Virus record (IMG/VR): IMGVR_UViG_3300036772_000425
Coordinates: 10,924-74,923 of that record
DNA: 64,000 nt
Direction: 5' to 3' (one strand)
From: a virus
Both the position numbers and the translations under genes were made by a program. This document shows positions 55,201 to 64,000 of the stretch, in pieces (position 1 is the first letter of the stretch; the number at the start of each line of letters is the position of its first letter). The notes beneath the pieces are model-generated. The model was given only the letters and a program-made list of their open reading frames with translations, was not told the DNA's origin and ran no database searches.

Positions 55201-55740
55201 TCGGACGTGAAGGTGAGGTCACGTAGCTTCCAGTCCCAAAAGCTCCTGGCCGATGCTCCGTGGGCCGCACCCGCTCCGGTGTACGAGATCCTGCCGAGTG
55301 AGCAGCCCACGGACGACGTGAGATTCACAGTCGAGTTTTCATTGCTCGACGCGCTGAACAGGGACATCATCACAATGTTTGCAACATTGAGGTCGCTGGA
55401 CAACGCGCTCGGCGCGCCCGATCTGATGTTCTCCCCCGACTACCCTGACCTGGAGGTGATGAGGGACATCTACTTCAACAGGATCAAGGAGAAGTTGAAC
55501 TTCCAGGCCTTCTTCGACTTCTTCCGGTGGTTCGACCGATCGATCGGCACCTTCATCGAGCAGTTGGTGCCGAGGAAGACGGTCTTCAAGGGCACGAACT
55601 TCACGATCGAATCACACATGTTGGAACGTGCGAAGCAGGAGTACTACTTCAACCAGATCTACCTGGGTGATAGCGTCCGGAACAACCTGGATTCATTCAT
55701 TCTGCTGCAGCAGATCGCCGGCTCCGTGAAGAAGTTCTGA
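52273..55740 (+). CDS. Large baseplate wedge protein (gp7-like by size and position)
   Basis: 1155 aa immediately after the gp6-like gene, as in T4-like baseplate operons. Confidence 0.45.
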   Translation: MAITKPTQYVPSFLRTALSGSRPIVLTWSDVADTNIASTSSFMYDPVSSPLKSTQQLNVDWSRFENHTFFMSAEAKVNLAFENIINGFPFDGARKETEFFFDRLSGFDRWVFDNFPRYRGALGFVGCTMGGSGTQAETGTFIKVENKAGALFPELSRRNTAQPILNPTGSQSMTVEMQLYLPNIANDVQTVVQMMSGSTQGFAFQLLPTVSTSSCTGQFSVVSGTFWMSAPMTLTKGKFNHVALSFDRDDGTSYLQTYLDSVPVTESPTQVDVGDMEIDASQLLIGSGTSVTLGFTPVTPTSTLSGSIDELRIYHSVRTPAQQAAYAAKSVFSTRDLILYYRFNEPPPPITVLSTDATNAIVLDSSGNSLHALISNFTGSLRLDASIDPLNPMVYESPNTTPVLFPAYPQTIDFNAELLMSASEYDAANPNLITRMIPQHYLLEGALQDGFSEPEGSIGDPYAGSGIPGQGKMGNVQIMVSLLYIWARFFDDIKLFVDSFSTLRTVDYDTNETIPDSFLLDLVKDYGFNLPPLFNDSTIDQYIHGDNIDAQSYSSGLQSLKSVQNTLLRRVLVNLPDVLKSKGTQHSIKSFLRAVGIDPGNNVRIREYGGPTTQQLAFSRESKLEQGAMVQFISSSLVVSPFLSASRTEPGFPYPTSTPSDGLLTSGSWTVEAIVKYTPASRAMMQSATQSLMRMCVTGSTTGSAFGNSGLIANLVAVSSSFDPRLSLYIRPGDVSTSPLLRLDVAAPIPGIFNNDQWNVSFGCRRGDDGLNSVVSSSYFLRLAYQNAGQLEVLQATSSYFLENPTGTNVLRSLGANNRSGSYLSVGSDQSFSAGSGNQFLHLNDISSVPDEARNTDFSGRMSNVRFWSKAVTDIEWKEHVRNFNSIGVEDPTVNWNYVTVRTGSFGRLRMNSCIRQDTKRANATASMGPLGDITFIDFSESGFHLTGSGFPIDMDSVVGDVFDLSYISPYFDEASSDVKVRSRSFQSQKLLADAPWAAPAPVYEILPSEQPTDDVRFTVEFSLLDALNRDIITMFATLRSLDNALGAPDLMFSPDYPDLEVMRDIYFNRIKEKLNFQAFFDFFRWFDRSIGTFIEQLVPRKTVFKGTNFTIESHMLERAKQEYYFNQIYLGDSVRNNLDSFILLQQIAGSVKKF

Positions 55741-55744
55741 GGGA

Positions 55745-56650
55745 TTGCCCATGGTTGACTCACTGATCATCACGTCCTCAGTTGTCATGCGCAGCCAACC
55801 GGTATCGTACTACCGGTTGTTCTCGGTTCTGCCTGTCGCTGACGTGAACTACTATGATGAAGGTCCGCAGGTACCGGATCCTTCCCCGACGACCAGCCTT
55901 TCAGGTGCCATGGACACGTCGGCCATCGATCCGTTCGTGCAGGGAGTTGAGATTTCACGGCAATCTCAGTACGATGCTGGCCTGGCAAAGATCTGGTCGG
56001 GTGAACCCGGACACAAGCTTCTGAAGACCGGGTTCGGGATGGACAAGAATTTCTTCCCAGACCCAGGTTTCGTAGAGATGGATCTGTTCAATCCGGTCCG
56101 GTACCTGCGGGCCCAGGAGGTCGAATCACCCCTGTGGTTCAACACCATCACGTTCCCGATCGTGACGGGGGACAATGATCAGCTTGAAAACTTCAACTTC
56201 AACGGGATCATCGAGCCGCTGACCATCAGGCCCATCGTCGCATTCTTCTCCACTGAATCACCGTTCGAATCGCACACCGTCCGTGGTTCCCTGGGCGGGG
56301 GCAACATGAACCAGCTCGGTGGTTCTGACCAAATACTGAGCGTTGACAATTTCGAACCAGGACAGGAGGCTGTCGGTTACCTCGACATGGTCGACATGTT
56401 CGAGGGTCGCCCACTGAACGGTTTCTTCCGGCACGAGTTCACGGCCGTTCTACCCTTCAACGATGAAAGGTTGGTCAGGAACCTGAGGGATGCCCAACCC
56501 ACCGACATCGCCGCTGCGTTGAGCCTGATGACAGGATCTACGGGAAATTACATCGGTCCCAACCAACGCTCCAACACGTGCGGATGGTACTATGATGGCA
56601 ACGCTGGCATCGGTACAGATAGTTTGGCGTTTGGGGGCATGACTCACTGA
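55745..56650 (+). CDS. Baseplate wedge protein (gp8-like by position)
   Basis: 301 aa following the gp7-like gene. Confidence 0.4.
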   Translation: MPMVDSLIITSSVVMRSQPVSYYRLFSVLPVADVNYYDEGPQVPDPSPTTSLSGAMDTSAIDPFVQGVEISRQSQYDAGLAKIWSGEPGHKLLKTGFGMDKNFFPDPGFVEMDLFNPVRYLRAQEVESPLWFNTITFPIVTGDNDQLENFNFNGIIEPLTIRPIVAFFSTESPFESHTVRGSLGGGNMNQLGGSDQILSVDNFEPGQEAVGYLDMVDMFEGRPLNGFFRHEFTAVLPFNDERLVRNLRDAQPTDIAAALSLMTGSTGNYIGPNQRSNTCGWYYDGNAGIGTDSLAFGGMTH

Positions 56651-59600
56651 TGATCGGTTCAAGCAAAGCAAGCCGACAGCCACCGCCGCGGCGTTTCGAG
56701 AACTACGTGCTCAACCGGGTGGTTGACACCAGCGTAGGTCTCTCCACCGTCTCCGACAACCTGTTGGTGCAGGTGTCCGGACCTGCACCCTACGATGCAA
56801 CAGATCCCTACCAGGGTGCCGGCGCCGGCGTGACTGACGACGCTACGTCAGACATAACACAGATCGGTTTCGACTTCCAGCTCGACAACATCGTCTACAA
56901 GAGCTGGGTTGCCTCCACGAAAGGATGGTTGGTCCTGGTCGATCCCACGACCGGAACTTTCGTCCCGAACGAGGTTTTCAATACGACAGACACGTTCGCC
57001 AACGGCAACATCAGGGCAAGCTTCACGTCCAACGCGGTGCTGCTGTGTCCGTGGTTTGATAACCTCAGGAACAGCGCCAGCATCGAAGGGCAATTGGGAG
57101 GGGTTCCTTTCAACTACTCGTTCTCGAAGTTCTCAAGGATCAAGAACGGGCTGGAAACACCTCCCCCGTACATCAACCCATCATCGTTCGGTATCAGCTA
57201 CTACACGGAAACGAACTCAGCGCAGGGTCGGCGCCTCATCGTCCGATGGGCATCGCTAAGCGATCACAACTCCCCATCCTCGTTGCTCAGGTTCGAGATC
57301 ATCATCTACGAAAATGGGACGATTGAGTACCGGTACGCGCCCCGTGCCATGATCGCAGCTCCGACTGTGATCGAAGGAGCGACAATCGGCATCTTCATGC
57401 CCAACGGTTCGAATCGTTTTCGAGATTGTTCGACCGGGTTGGGCTACAGGGACGGTTCCCGACAGGAGTACATCTACGGTGGGTACACGTACGATGCTTC
57501 GTACCTGGATGTTCCTGTTTCGGGCAGTGAAGACTACAGTTCAGGTTACACGTCTCCTGTACCGTACAGCATCAACCTGCTGCCGTACAGGCACTGGCCC
57601 GCCCTGAACACGGGTTGCATCATCAGGTTGTCACCTCCGCGGAACAGGCGCCGGATCCTTCCAAGATCATTGATCAGGACGCTTGACTCGGACGTTCGGC
57701 TGCCGCAGGCAACCAGGGTTGTGGATGACGGTCGTGTGAGCGCTCGTTCGTTCGACGATCGTCTGTCACCCAACTACACCATGTCGGACTCCCATTCTAC
57801 TGTGAACTATCCGACGACAATGCCTCGCTTCTTCGGGGGCAATGGGTTGGGTGTCACCGAAAGGCAGGATCTTTTCACCGGTGACATGCTGGTCACTGGC
57901 AGCGTGATCAAGTCAGCAATCGATCAGTACGTGGTCGAAACCTCCAAGCAGCAGATCACACCGTTCAATGAAACGAGGACGCCGGAACAGACCGAGCTCA
58001 CAGATCCGTTCTACATGACAGGTTCGGGTCCGGAACACCTGTCAGATGGTTTCGAACAAGGCTTGAGGTCAAAGACCATCATCAGGTTCGTGATGCCGGT
58101 TCAGTTCATCACGTCCATGCCGGGCACGACGTCCAGCATCTACTACTACAACTCGGTCGCAAAGACCTGGCAGGTACCCGCTCGATCTACGTACGTTTTG
58201 GGTTCGACAGGTTCCCGTCCTCCGTCTCCGAACCCGTACGCGGGCGGTGACTGGACCAATTCGATCACCGACGTCGTCGGCGGCCGGTTCATTGAGGATG
58301 CAAAGGGATTTGGCCCAGTCGGAAACATCATCTCGTCAGGGTCGAACACTCCTGTGTTCCTCAGCGACCAGACAGACCCGAGCATCGGAGCGTCGTACGA
58401 TCAGAATTCATTCTCAGAAGCCCTGAGCAAGACGTACTCCAAGAGCGTCAGAAACAACCCGCAGTACGCTCCGAGCGAGAACGAGACGTTCAAGCTGCCG
58501 ATCAACGGACCGTTCCTCCTTGAGAAGGCGGTGTTCGAGATCCCGATCAGCTTCGGACCAGGTTGGTTCGCGGATCAGACCACCTGCTTCAGCCCGCTCG
58601 GGTCGAATTCATCGTTCGATTTCGCAGGTCCAGCGCTGACCCTTGCCCTCATGAGGCAGGTCAAGCTCTCAAAGACTCAGCCCGAACTATCGATCAGGGA
58701 TCTGATCATGACGGGCACCATCACCCACCAGGTCGATACGACATCCTCGCTCGTCATGTCGAACTTCCCACCCGATGATTCAACGTTCCAGCTGAGGCCC
58801 GTGGGCTTCAACAGCTACGGTGGGCCGCCTAGCACGATCATCAGCGGTACGAACTCTCAGTACACCGGTTCCATCCCTGTTCCCATGGTTTCAGCGATCT
58901 CTGTGGGCGCCATGGTCCGCTTCATCAAGGGTTTTGACACCGCTCCTTCAGGAACGCTCGCGGCGCAAATCCGCAGCTTCATGGCCACCCCGACGATCAC
59001 ACTGGCGGATTCGATCATCCCACCAGTCCAGAACTTTCGCTACCTCACGATCTCTCCGTTCGGTCGCGGCGGCGCCGCCATGCAACCTTCAGGAAGGTCC
59101 ATCCTCGGGAATGAATTCGCAACGTTGCAGGGTCTGTCAGACCCATCCGGGATCAGCTTCCCGAATCCATTCTACACCGGCAGCCTGACAGCACAGCAAG
59201 ATGCGCTGCTGAGCCAGCCACCGACGGCCAGCTTTGCGGCCCGTGCCACCTCAGTCCTGCCCCTGGTCACCAACTACCCATCGCCCTACCTGCTGATGCC
59301 GGACGATCAGCTGGTACTGAGCATCTCAAAGACGCGTCCAGCTGTCTACAAGTACGGTGATGTTACGATGCAGAATTCTGCATCCATCTCGCACGATGTT
59401 CGCCTGGTCCGCGGCAGGATCTACGTGACCCTGTACGGTTGTCAGGTCCAGGCCGGCAAAGAACGACACGATGGTTCAACCCAGGCGGTGGGATCGAACA
59501 CCGTCCATGAAATTATCGGTGGTGATCCGATCCTGGATCAGTTCGACGTGGGATACCGGAATGAGTACACCGGTAGCTTCACCGACAATGTCATGTTGGG

Positions 59601-60918
59601 TTCATTGACCCAGACCACGACCCGTGATCGCAAACTGAGCCGTCTCAATGCTCGGCTCGCGCCGCCGTTGACCACGAACATCACCGACACACAGATCAAT
59701 CCGTACAAGAGCTACAGGGTGCAGCAGTGGTGGGAACGTGACGGCTCTGTCAGGTTGGCCCAGTTCATGGATCCAACAGAACGTTACTGGGATTCGATGA
59801 TGCCCGGAGTGAACGAATGCTTCTCTGCTGACGGTTGCGGCGTTTTCGTGACACCTCCCGGATCTTTCGGCGATTTCAGGCAGGTCGATCCTGGATCGAC
59901 GGGCAGCATCTCAACGTTCAATCCGAAGCGCAACCACCCCGGTTGGATCATGATGGACAACCTGAACCCATCGTTGGTGTCCAGCTACAACGCAGTCATC
60001 AACGGGAACTGGAATCGATCCTACCCGTTCGAACCGAGGTACCAGGGCGTCTCAAGGCAGCTGGACTCTGGGCGATCGTTGGTGGCAACCTACACGTACC
60101 AACCGACCTCCTCCCCGGTCGTCAGTCCAATCACCCCCACTCCAGTGGACGGTCTGATCCTGGGCACCACCGGTTTGGGCACCTCGGTCCTGAATTTCAC
60201 GCTGTTCGGTGGGGGTGTTTCGTACATTCGGAATTCCCAGAACTTTGACTGGTTCGTTGATTGCAACCTGACGAGCAAGCTAACGAACAACACGGTGACA
60301 CCCACGATCCCAGCGTCCATGTACCCAACCGGCACCATGAACGCAGCGAACACCAACCGTGTGTTGTTCGGTTTCGGGGACAGGAACACCTGCTACCAGG
60401 TCACCAACCAGGATGGCACCAAGTCCTTGCTGGGAACCAATCATTTCATCGACAGTAGAGACGTTGAGGGCCCGCACCCTGACGGTTACCAGACCTACTT
60501 CGACAGCAGCAACTTCAGGTACGCGCCGTTGATCAGGGGATGGAAGTACGGAGTGTACAACGGCAATGCCTCGTACAGCCGTGCCTACTGGCGTCGGAAC
60601 AGGTTCGGGCAGTTCCGAGACATGCTGGAGCAGCGGCCCTTCACCAAGTTCTTCAGGTTGCAGGTGAGCGGTTCGTTGCTCGGTCTGAAGCAGGGCGTCC
60701 AACCGGCGGCTGTCACCGTCAATTTTCTGGATCCGACCACAGGACACCTCACGGCCCCCGACAACACATGGTCCAGCAACCTGCACTTTGAGTGCACCTC
60801 TTCTATGCCGTTCTTTGACGGGGTGGTGTCGAACAGGCCACCCATCATTTCTACTACGTTGAACCTGCATCCGAGCCTGGTGAGGCGTGATGCTGTCGGC
60901 AACATCCACATCGGTTAG
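56650..60918 (+). CDS. Very large virion structural protein (baseplate-distal/fibre-associated)
   Basis: 1422-aa uninterrupted ORF. Start overlaps the upstream stop. Confidence 0.5.
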   Translation: MIGSSKASRQPPPRRFENYVLNRVVDTSVGLSTVSDNLLVQVSGPAPYDATDPYQGAGAGVTDDATSDITQIGFDFQLDNIVYKSWVASTKGWLVLVDPTTGTFVPNEVFNTTDTFANGNIRASFTSNAVLLCPWFDNLRNSASIEGQLGGVPFNYSFSKFSRIKNGLETPPPYINPSSFGISYYTETNSAQGRRLIVRWASLSDHNSPSSLLRFEIIIYENGTIEYRYAPRAMIAAPTVIEGATIGIFMPNGSNRFRDCSTGLGYRDGSRQEYIYGGYTYDASYLDVPVSGSEDYSSGYTSPVPYSINLLPYRHWPALNTGCIIRLSPPRNRRRILPRSLIRTLDSDVRLPQATRVVDDGRVSARSFDDRLSPNYTMSDSHSTVNYPTTMPRFFGGNGLGVTERQDLFTGDMLVTGSVIKSAIDQYVVETSKQQITPFNETRTPEQTELTDPFYMTGSGPEHLSDGFEQGLRSKTIIRFVMPVQFITSMPGTTSSIYYYNSVAKTWQVPARSTYVLGSTGSRPPSPNPYAGGDWTNSITDVVGGRFIEDAKGFGPVGNIISSGSNTPVFLSDQTDPSIGASYDQNSFSEALSKTYSKSVRNNPQYAPSENETFKLPINGPFLLEKAVFEIPISFGPGWFADQTTCFSPLGSNSSFDFAGPALTLALMRQVKLSKTQPELSIRDLIMTGTITHQVDTTSSLVMSNFPPDDSTFQLRPVGFNSYGGPPSTIISGTNSQYTGSIPVPMVSAISVGAMVRFIKGFDTAPSGTLAAQIRSFMATPTITLADSIIPPVQNFRYLTISPFGRGGAAMQPSGRSILGNEFATLQGLSDPSGISFPNPFYTGSLTAQQDALLSQPPTASFAARATSVLPLVTNYPSPYLLMPDDQLVLSISKTRPAVYKYGDVTMQNSASISHDVRLVRGRIYVTLYGCQVQAGKERHDGSTQAVGSNTVHEIIGGDPILDQFDVGYRNEYTGSFTDNVMLGSLTQTTTRDRKLSRLNARLAPPLTTNITDTQINPYKSYRVQQWWERDGSVRLAQFMDPTERYWDSMMPGVNECFSADGCGVFVTPPGSFGDFRQVDPGSTGSISTFNPKRNHPGWIMMDNLNPSLVSSYNAVINGNWNRSYPFEPRYQGVSRQLDSGRSLVATYTYQPTSSPVVSPITPTPVDGLILGTTGLGTSVLNFTLFGGGVSYIRNSQNFDWFVDCNLTSKLTNNTVTPTIPASMYPTGTMNAANTNRVLFGFGDRNTCYQVTNQDGTKSLLGTNHFIDSRDVEGPHPDGYQTYFDSSNFRYAPLIRGWKYGVYNGNASYSRAYWRRNRFGQFRDMLEQRPFTKFFRLQVSGSLLGLKQGVQPAAVTVNFLDPTTGHLTAPDNTWSSNLHFECTSSMPFFDGVVSNRPPIISTTLNLHPSLVRRDAVGNIHIG

Positions 60919-60965
60919 ACGGTTCGCCCTGACATCTGACGGGGTACTTTAGAACGGAAGATAGC

Positions 60966-63900
60966 ATGGCCGGTGACACGACCCGTTCAGAGGCAGCCCA
61001 ATCGTTCTTTGCCTACGTCAAAGAACCCAACACCGGGCTGATCAAGCGCATTGCCTTCCCGGGTGACGTGCAAATCGGTCTCGAGGGCCGTCCGTCCGAG
61101 CTGCACCTCTTCGGTCGACTTTCTGTCGCAGCCAAGACGTATTCCGTCGACCTGACCAACAAGGGCATCATCAATGTCAGCAACGATGACACGGTGGTCG
61201 GTGTCAAGCTGGTCACAGCACCCATCACGGGTCGCATCAAGGTCAATCTCCCGCCGGCGCCGCGGGAGGGGCAGCTGCATTTCATCAAAGATTCATCAGG
61301 AACCGCAGCATCGATCCCGATCGACATCATCCCAGCAACCAAGGTTCTGATCGACGAGCAGACCAGCAAGACGCTCACCGATTCCTACGGATCCCTGGCA
61401 TTGATCTGGTTGTCAGGCGAATGGCGCATGCTCGTCGCTGGGCTGGGAGCCTCAGGTGGTGGTGGGATCTCACCCGGGCTGAGCTTCGTCACCATCAATC
61501 CCGAAGCTACGTTGACATCGGAACGTCATCTGACCGGTTCTGTGAACGTGGTGATGACTGATGAGGGTGCGAAGGGCCATGTCTACTTCGACCTGAGCAA
61601 GGTTCTCACGGGTTCCGCGGGTACCTACCAATTCGCCACGGTGACGGTCGACCAGTGGGGCAGGATCACGAACATCGCGACAGGTTCGGGCGGAACGACA
61701 TCGTCGGCCAGCTACCTCGTCGCAAGCAGCGAACCCACGTTGCCCAATCGCAGGCAGATGAGCGGCGGTTTGGGCACCACGGTGACAGACAACGGTGCGG
61801 GCAGCACCTTCACGTTCAATGTTGATCCGGCGGTGATCCCGTTCCTGTCGTCAAGCAACACCTTCACCGGGAACAATACGTTCACGCATGGGCTCACCGG
61901 ATCCATCCAACAGCTTCCGGCCGGTGCGGGAGCCTACATCGTCGGTATCGGCGGGCTCAGCATCACGACGAGCTCGAACGGTCAGATAGTCATCAGTGGT
62001 TCATCAGGAACTTCTTTCTCTGTCCTCGGCACCGGCGGTTCGACCGTCTCCCAGACCGGAACGACATTCACTGTTTCATCAAGCGTGTACGCAGAGAAAC
62101 AGGCAAGCTACCTGCTCCTCAGCGCAAGCGCTCAGGACAACAACGCCCGAACACTGATCGTCGGTTCAGGGTTGGGAACGAAGGATCTGGGCACCGGATC
62201 GAACTACTCGATCTTCGCAACGACCGACACCCAGGCTCCGTACGTCCTGGCGTTCCAAACGGGTTCTGTGCCCGGCGGCCGCACGCTCGACGGTACAAAC
62301 GGGATCACGGTGGTGGATCAGGGTGCCGGTAACAAGATCATCATCGGTTTCACCCCCATCACGTCCAGGTCGGCCGCTGTCTACTACGGTTACTGCACCG
62401 GATCCTTGACATGGATCACCACGGGCAGCTGGACTGACTTCGGCGGCATCCCGGGTAACTTCTCAGACTCCCTGCAGAATGGCATCTCGCGGTCGGGCTC
62501 GACCTTCACGGTTAGCCAACCGGGTTACTACAGCTTCCAGAGCTACTTCAACGTTGCCGCGAACAGCGAGTACATCGCATTCCGGCTCAGCGGTTCTGCC
62601 GGCACCCTGGCAGAGCGTACCTTCTTCGGTAATAGCGGTCCCGATCAGTCGGTGGGTGCTGACCTACAGGCGCTGATCCAGCTGAACAGTGGCAGTACCT
62701 TCCGCTTGCAGTACCTGACCAAGGGCTCGGGTTCGATGTCGACCTGGATCGTCAGCGATCCGCTGGGATCAGCTCCGGACCAGGAAAGCATGCGTACGGG
62801 TGAGATCTCGATCTTCAAGATCGCAGACCCCATGATCCTCAACTACGTGCCCACCGCGCAACCATTCGGTTGGCAGTTGGGCCACTACGTTGATTTCACG
62901 CAGCAGACTTCCGGCACCTTCGGCGCAAACGGCACCCGAACCTACAACAACGTCAACTGGAACATCGAGAACTACGGCAACGGTTCGAGGATCGGCATCG
63001 ACCCTGCGCTAGGTTTGACGTTCGTCGCGAACTCATCGAACGTAGACTACGGCAACGCTGCCACCCGGAACGCGCCGCTCCTGTCGGTGAAGGTGCAGGA
63101 CATCATGTCCTCCTTCAACTCTCAGTTCAGCTACCCGAACATGCCGTTCAGGATCTGGGTGATCCTGGGAAACACCAACGCATCACATTCAGGCGAGGGT
63201 GTTGCGCTCGGCATCGAACGCTGGGGCACCACCTCACAGACGGTCGTCGAAAAGAAAGTTTTCACGTCGACAACGGCCTTCCTGGCACAGGGCAGCTACA
63301 ACAACGCGAACATCTACACGCAGACGGCCGACACAACCAGCCCAGCCCATGATGTGATGATGCTGCAGTGGCTCAACGACAGGCAGGTCGAGCACTGGAC
63401 CGGTCTTTCACTGAGCGGCTCTTTCCCTGATCCTTCGACGCTGACGTTGAGGGGCACCACCCTGCTGAGCAATGCCAGCTTCTTCCAACCCCTGATCAGT
63501 GGGTCCAACGATTACGGGTTCGTCCTGGCCAACGTCACCAACGGGACGAACGGAACGCTCGTCTCATCCTTCAAGAAATTCAAGTTCGAGTACCTGCAGA
63601 CCGCCGCCGGGCAGGTGATCGGACAATCGCCGACGACATACTGGAAGCAACCCAGCGGTAGCCTGGTGAACCTGCCCAGCAGTTCTAACGCATGGTCCAC
63701 CCTGTGCGCCTTGCCGGTCTATGTCACCAGCTCGGGTGCACCCGTCCTCATCCAGTACTCTGTCACCGCAGAGAAGAGCAACCCTGGTTCCTCCTTCGCT
63801 CGGATCACCTGGGATGGAGTGGTGCAGGACACCAGCATCGCGTACCATTCGACTGCTGGCACCGCCCAAACACTGGCGTCCACGTACCTAGTCCTGTCTG

Positions 63901-64000
63901 CGACGATGGGGTTGCACTCGGCGAACTTGGACTTCAGGACTGACAGCAACTTCGCATCGATCATCCTGCCGAACGAGCATGCCAACCTGTTCGTCCAAGA
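60966..64000 (+). CDS. Tail fibre-like structural protein (N-terminal >1000 aa; continues past window end)
   Basis: ATG at 60966 (MAGDTTRSEAAQSFFAYVKEPNTGLIK...). The frame stays open to 64000. Gly/Ser/Thr-rich repeats (GLGASGGGGISPG, GSSGTSFSVLGTGGSTVSQTG) typical of fibres. Not in the ORF track because no stop lies within the window. Confidence 0.55.
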   Translation, partial: MAGDTTRSEAAQSFFAYVKEPNTGLIKRIAFPGDVQIGLEGRPSELHLFGRLSVAAKTYSVDLTNKGIINVSNDDTVVGVKLVTAPITGRIKVNLPPAPREGQLHFIKDSSGTAASIPIDIIPATKVLIDEQTSKTLTDSYGSLALIWLSGEWRMLVAGLGASGGGGISPGLSFVTINPEATLTSERHLTGSVNVVMTDEGAKGHVYFDLSKVLTGSAGTYQFATVTVDQWGRITNIATGSGGTTSSASYLVASSEPTLPNRRQMSGGLGTTVTDNGAGSTFTFNVDPAVIPFLSSSNTFTGNNTFTHGLTGSIQQLPAGAGAYIVGIGGLSITTSSNGQIVISGSSGTSFSVLGTGGSTVSQTGTTFTVSSSVYAEKQASYLLLSASAQDNNARTLIVGSGLGTKDLGTGSNYSIFATTDTQAPYVLAFQTGSVPGGRTLDGTNGITVVDQGAGNKIIIGFTPITSRSAAVYYGYCTGSLTWITTGSWTDFGGIPGNFSDSLQNGISRSGSTFTVSQPGYYSFQSYFNVAANSEYIAFRLSGSAGTLAERTFFGNSGPDQSVGADLQALIQLNSGSTFRLQYLTKGSGSMSTWIVSDPLGSAPDQESMRTGEISIFKIADPMILNYVPTAQPFGWQLGHYVDFTQQTSGTFGANGTRTYNNVNWNIENYGNGSRIGIDPALGLTFVANSSNVDYGNAATRNAPLLSVKVQDIMSSFNSQFSYPNMPFRIWVILGNTNASHSGEGVALGIERWGTTSQTVVEKKVFTSTTAFLAQGSYNNANIYTQTADTTSPAHDVMMLQWLNDRQVEHWTGLSLSGSFPDPSTLTLRGTTLLSNASFFQPLISGSNDYGFVLANVTNGTNGTLVSSFKKFKFEYLQTAAGQVIGQSPTTYWKQPSGSLVNLPSSSNAWSTLCALPVYVTSSGAPVLIQYSVTAEKSNPGSSFARITWDGVVQDTSIAYHSTAGTAQTLASTYLVLSATMGLHSANLDFRTDSNFASIILPNEHANLFVQ

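Noticed and set aside
1-64000. Genome-wide stop-codon reassignment suggested by possible UCA-anticodon tRNAs
   Set aside because: Long genes (e.g. 1422-aa, 1155-aa and 665-aa ORFs) are uninterrupted under the standard code, so the phage does not use a recoded genetic code. Any suppression would have to be site-specific.
1-64000. CRISPR arrays, rRNA genes, integrase/attachment sites, transposases
   Set aside because: No direct-repeat/spacer periodicity, rRNA-like conserved blocks or recombinase motifs were seen. The only mobile-type elements are the free-standing homing endonucleases.

Overview
This window reads as a GC-rich T4-like myovirus genome segment. Identity rests on a gp55-type late sigma factor, gp25/gp6 baseplate genes, PhoH, ClpP and Seg-like homing endonucleases. 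Codon third positions are strongly G/C-biased, so antisense ORFs are abundant and were ignored. Three blocks are visible. (1) 1..15.7 kb, mostly minus strand: five tandem structural-protein paralogs in an A-B-A-B-A array, then a PIN-PhoH protein, a DinG/Rad3-like helicase, ClpP, a truncated GroEL-like protein, plus a small plus-strand ORF carrying only a sigma-70 region-4 helix-turn-helix. (2) 15.9..45.9 kb, plus strand: a ~19 kb glycan/nucleotide-sugar biosynthesis island (9-10 glycosyltransferases, GDP-mannose 4,6-dehydratase, PseB/PseC/GNAT-like diacetamido-sugar genes, a sugar dehydrogenase, a methyltransferase) interrupted by three homing-endonuclease genes. It is followed by what I consider the most interesting region, 34.7..40.5 kb: an NAD+-reconstitution pair (NMNAT-Nudix and NAMPT) fused to a tyrosine/dual-specificity phosphatase and a macro domain, then PTH2-type peptidyl-tRNA hydrolase, a Trbp111/CsaA-like tRNA-binding protein, an HD (p)ppGpp-hydrolase, and two tandem tRNA genes whose anticodon loops appear to be 8 nt (ACUUCAAR). 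A Cas4-like nuclease, two more glycosyltransferases and the late sigma factor follow. (3) 45.9..64 kb, plus strand: the baseplate/tail-fibre module (gp25-like, gp6-like, very large gp7/gp8-like and fibre proteins). No CRISPR array, rRNA or integrase was seen.
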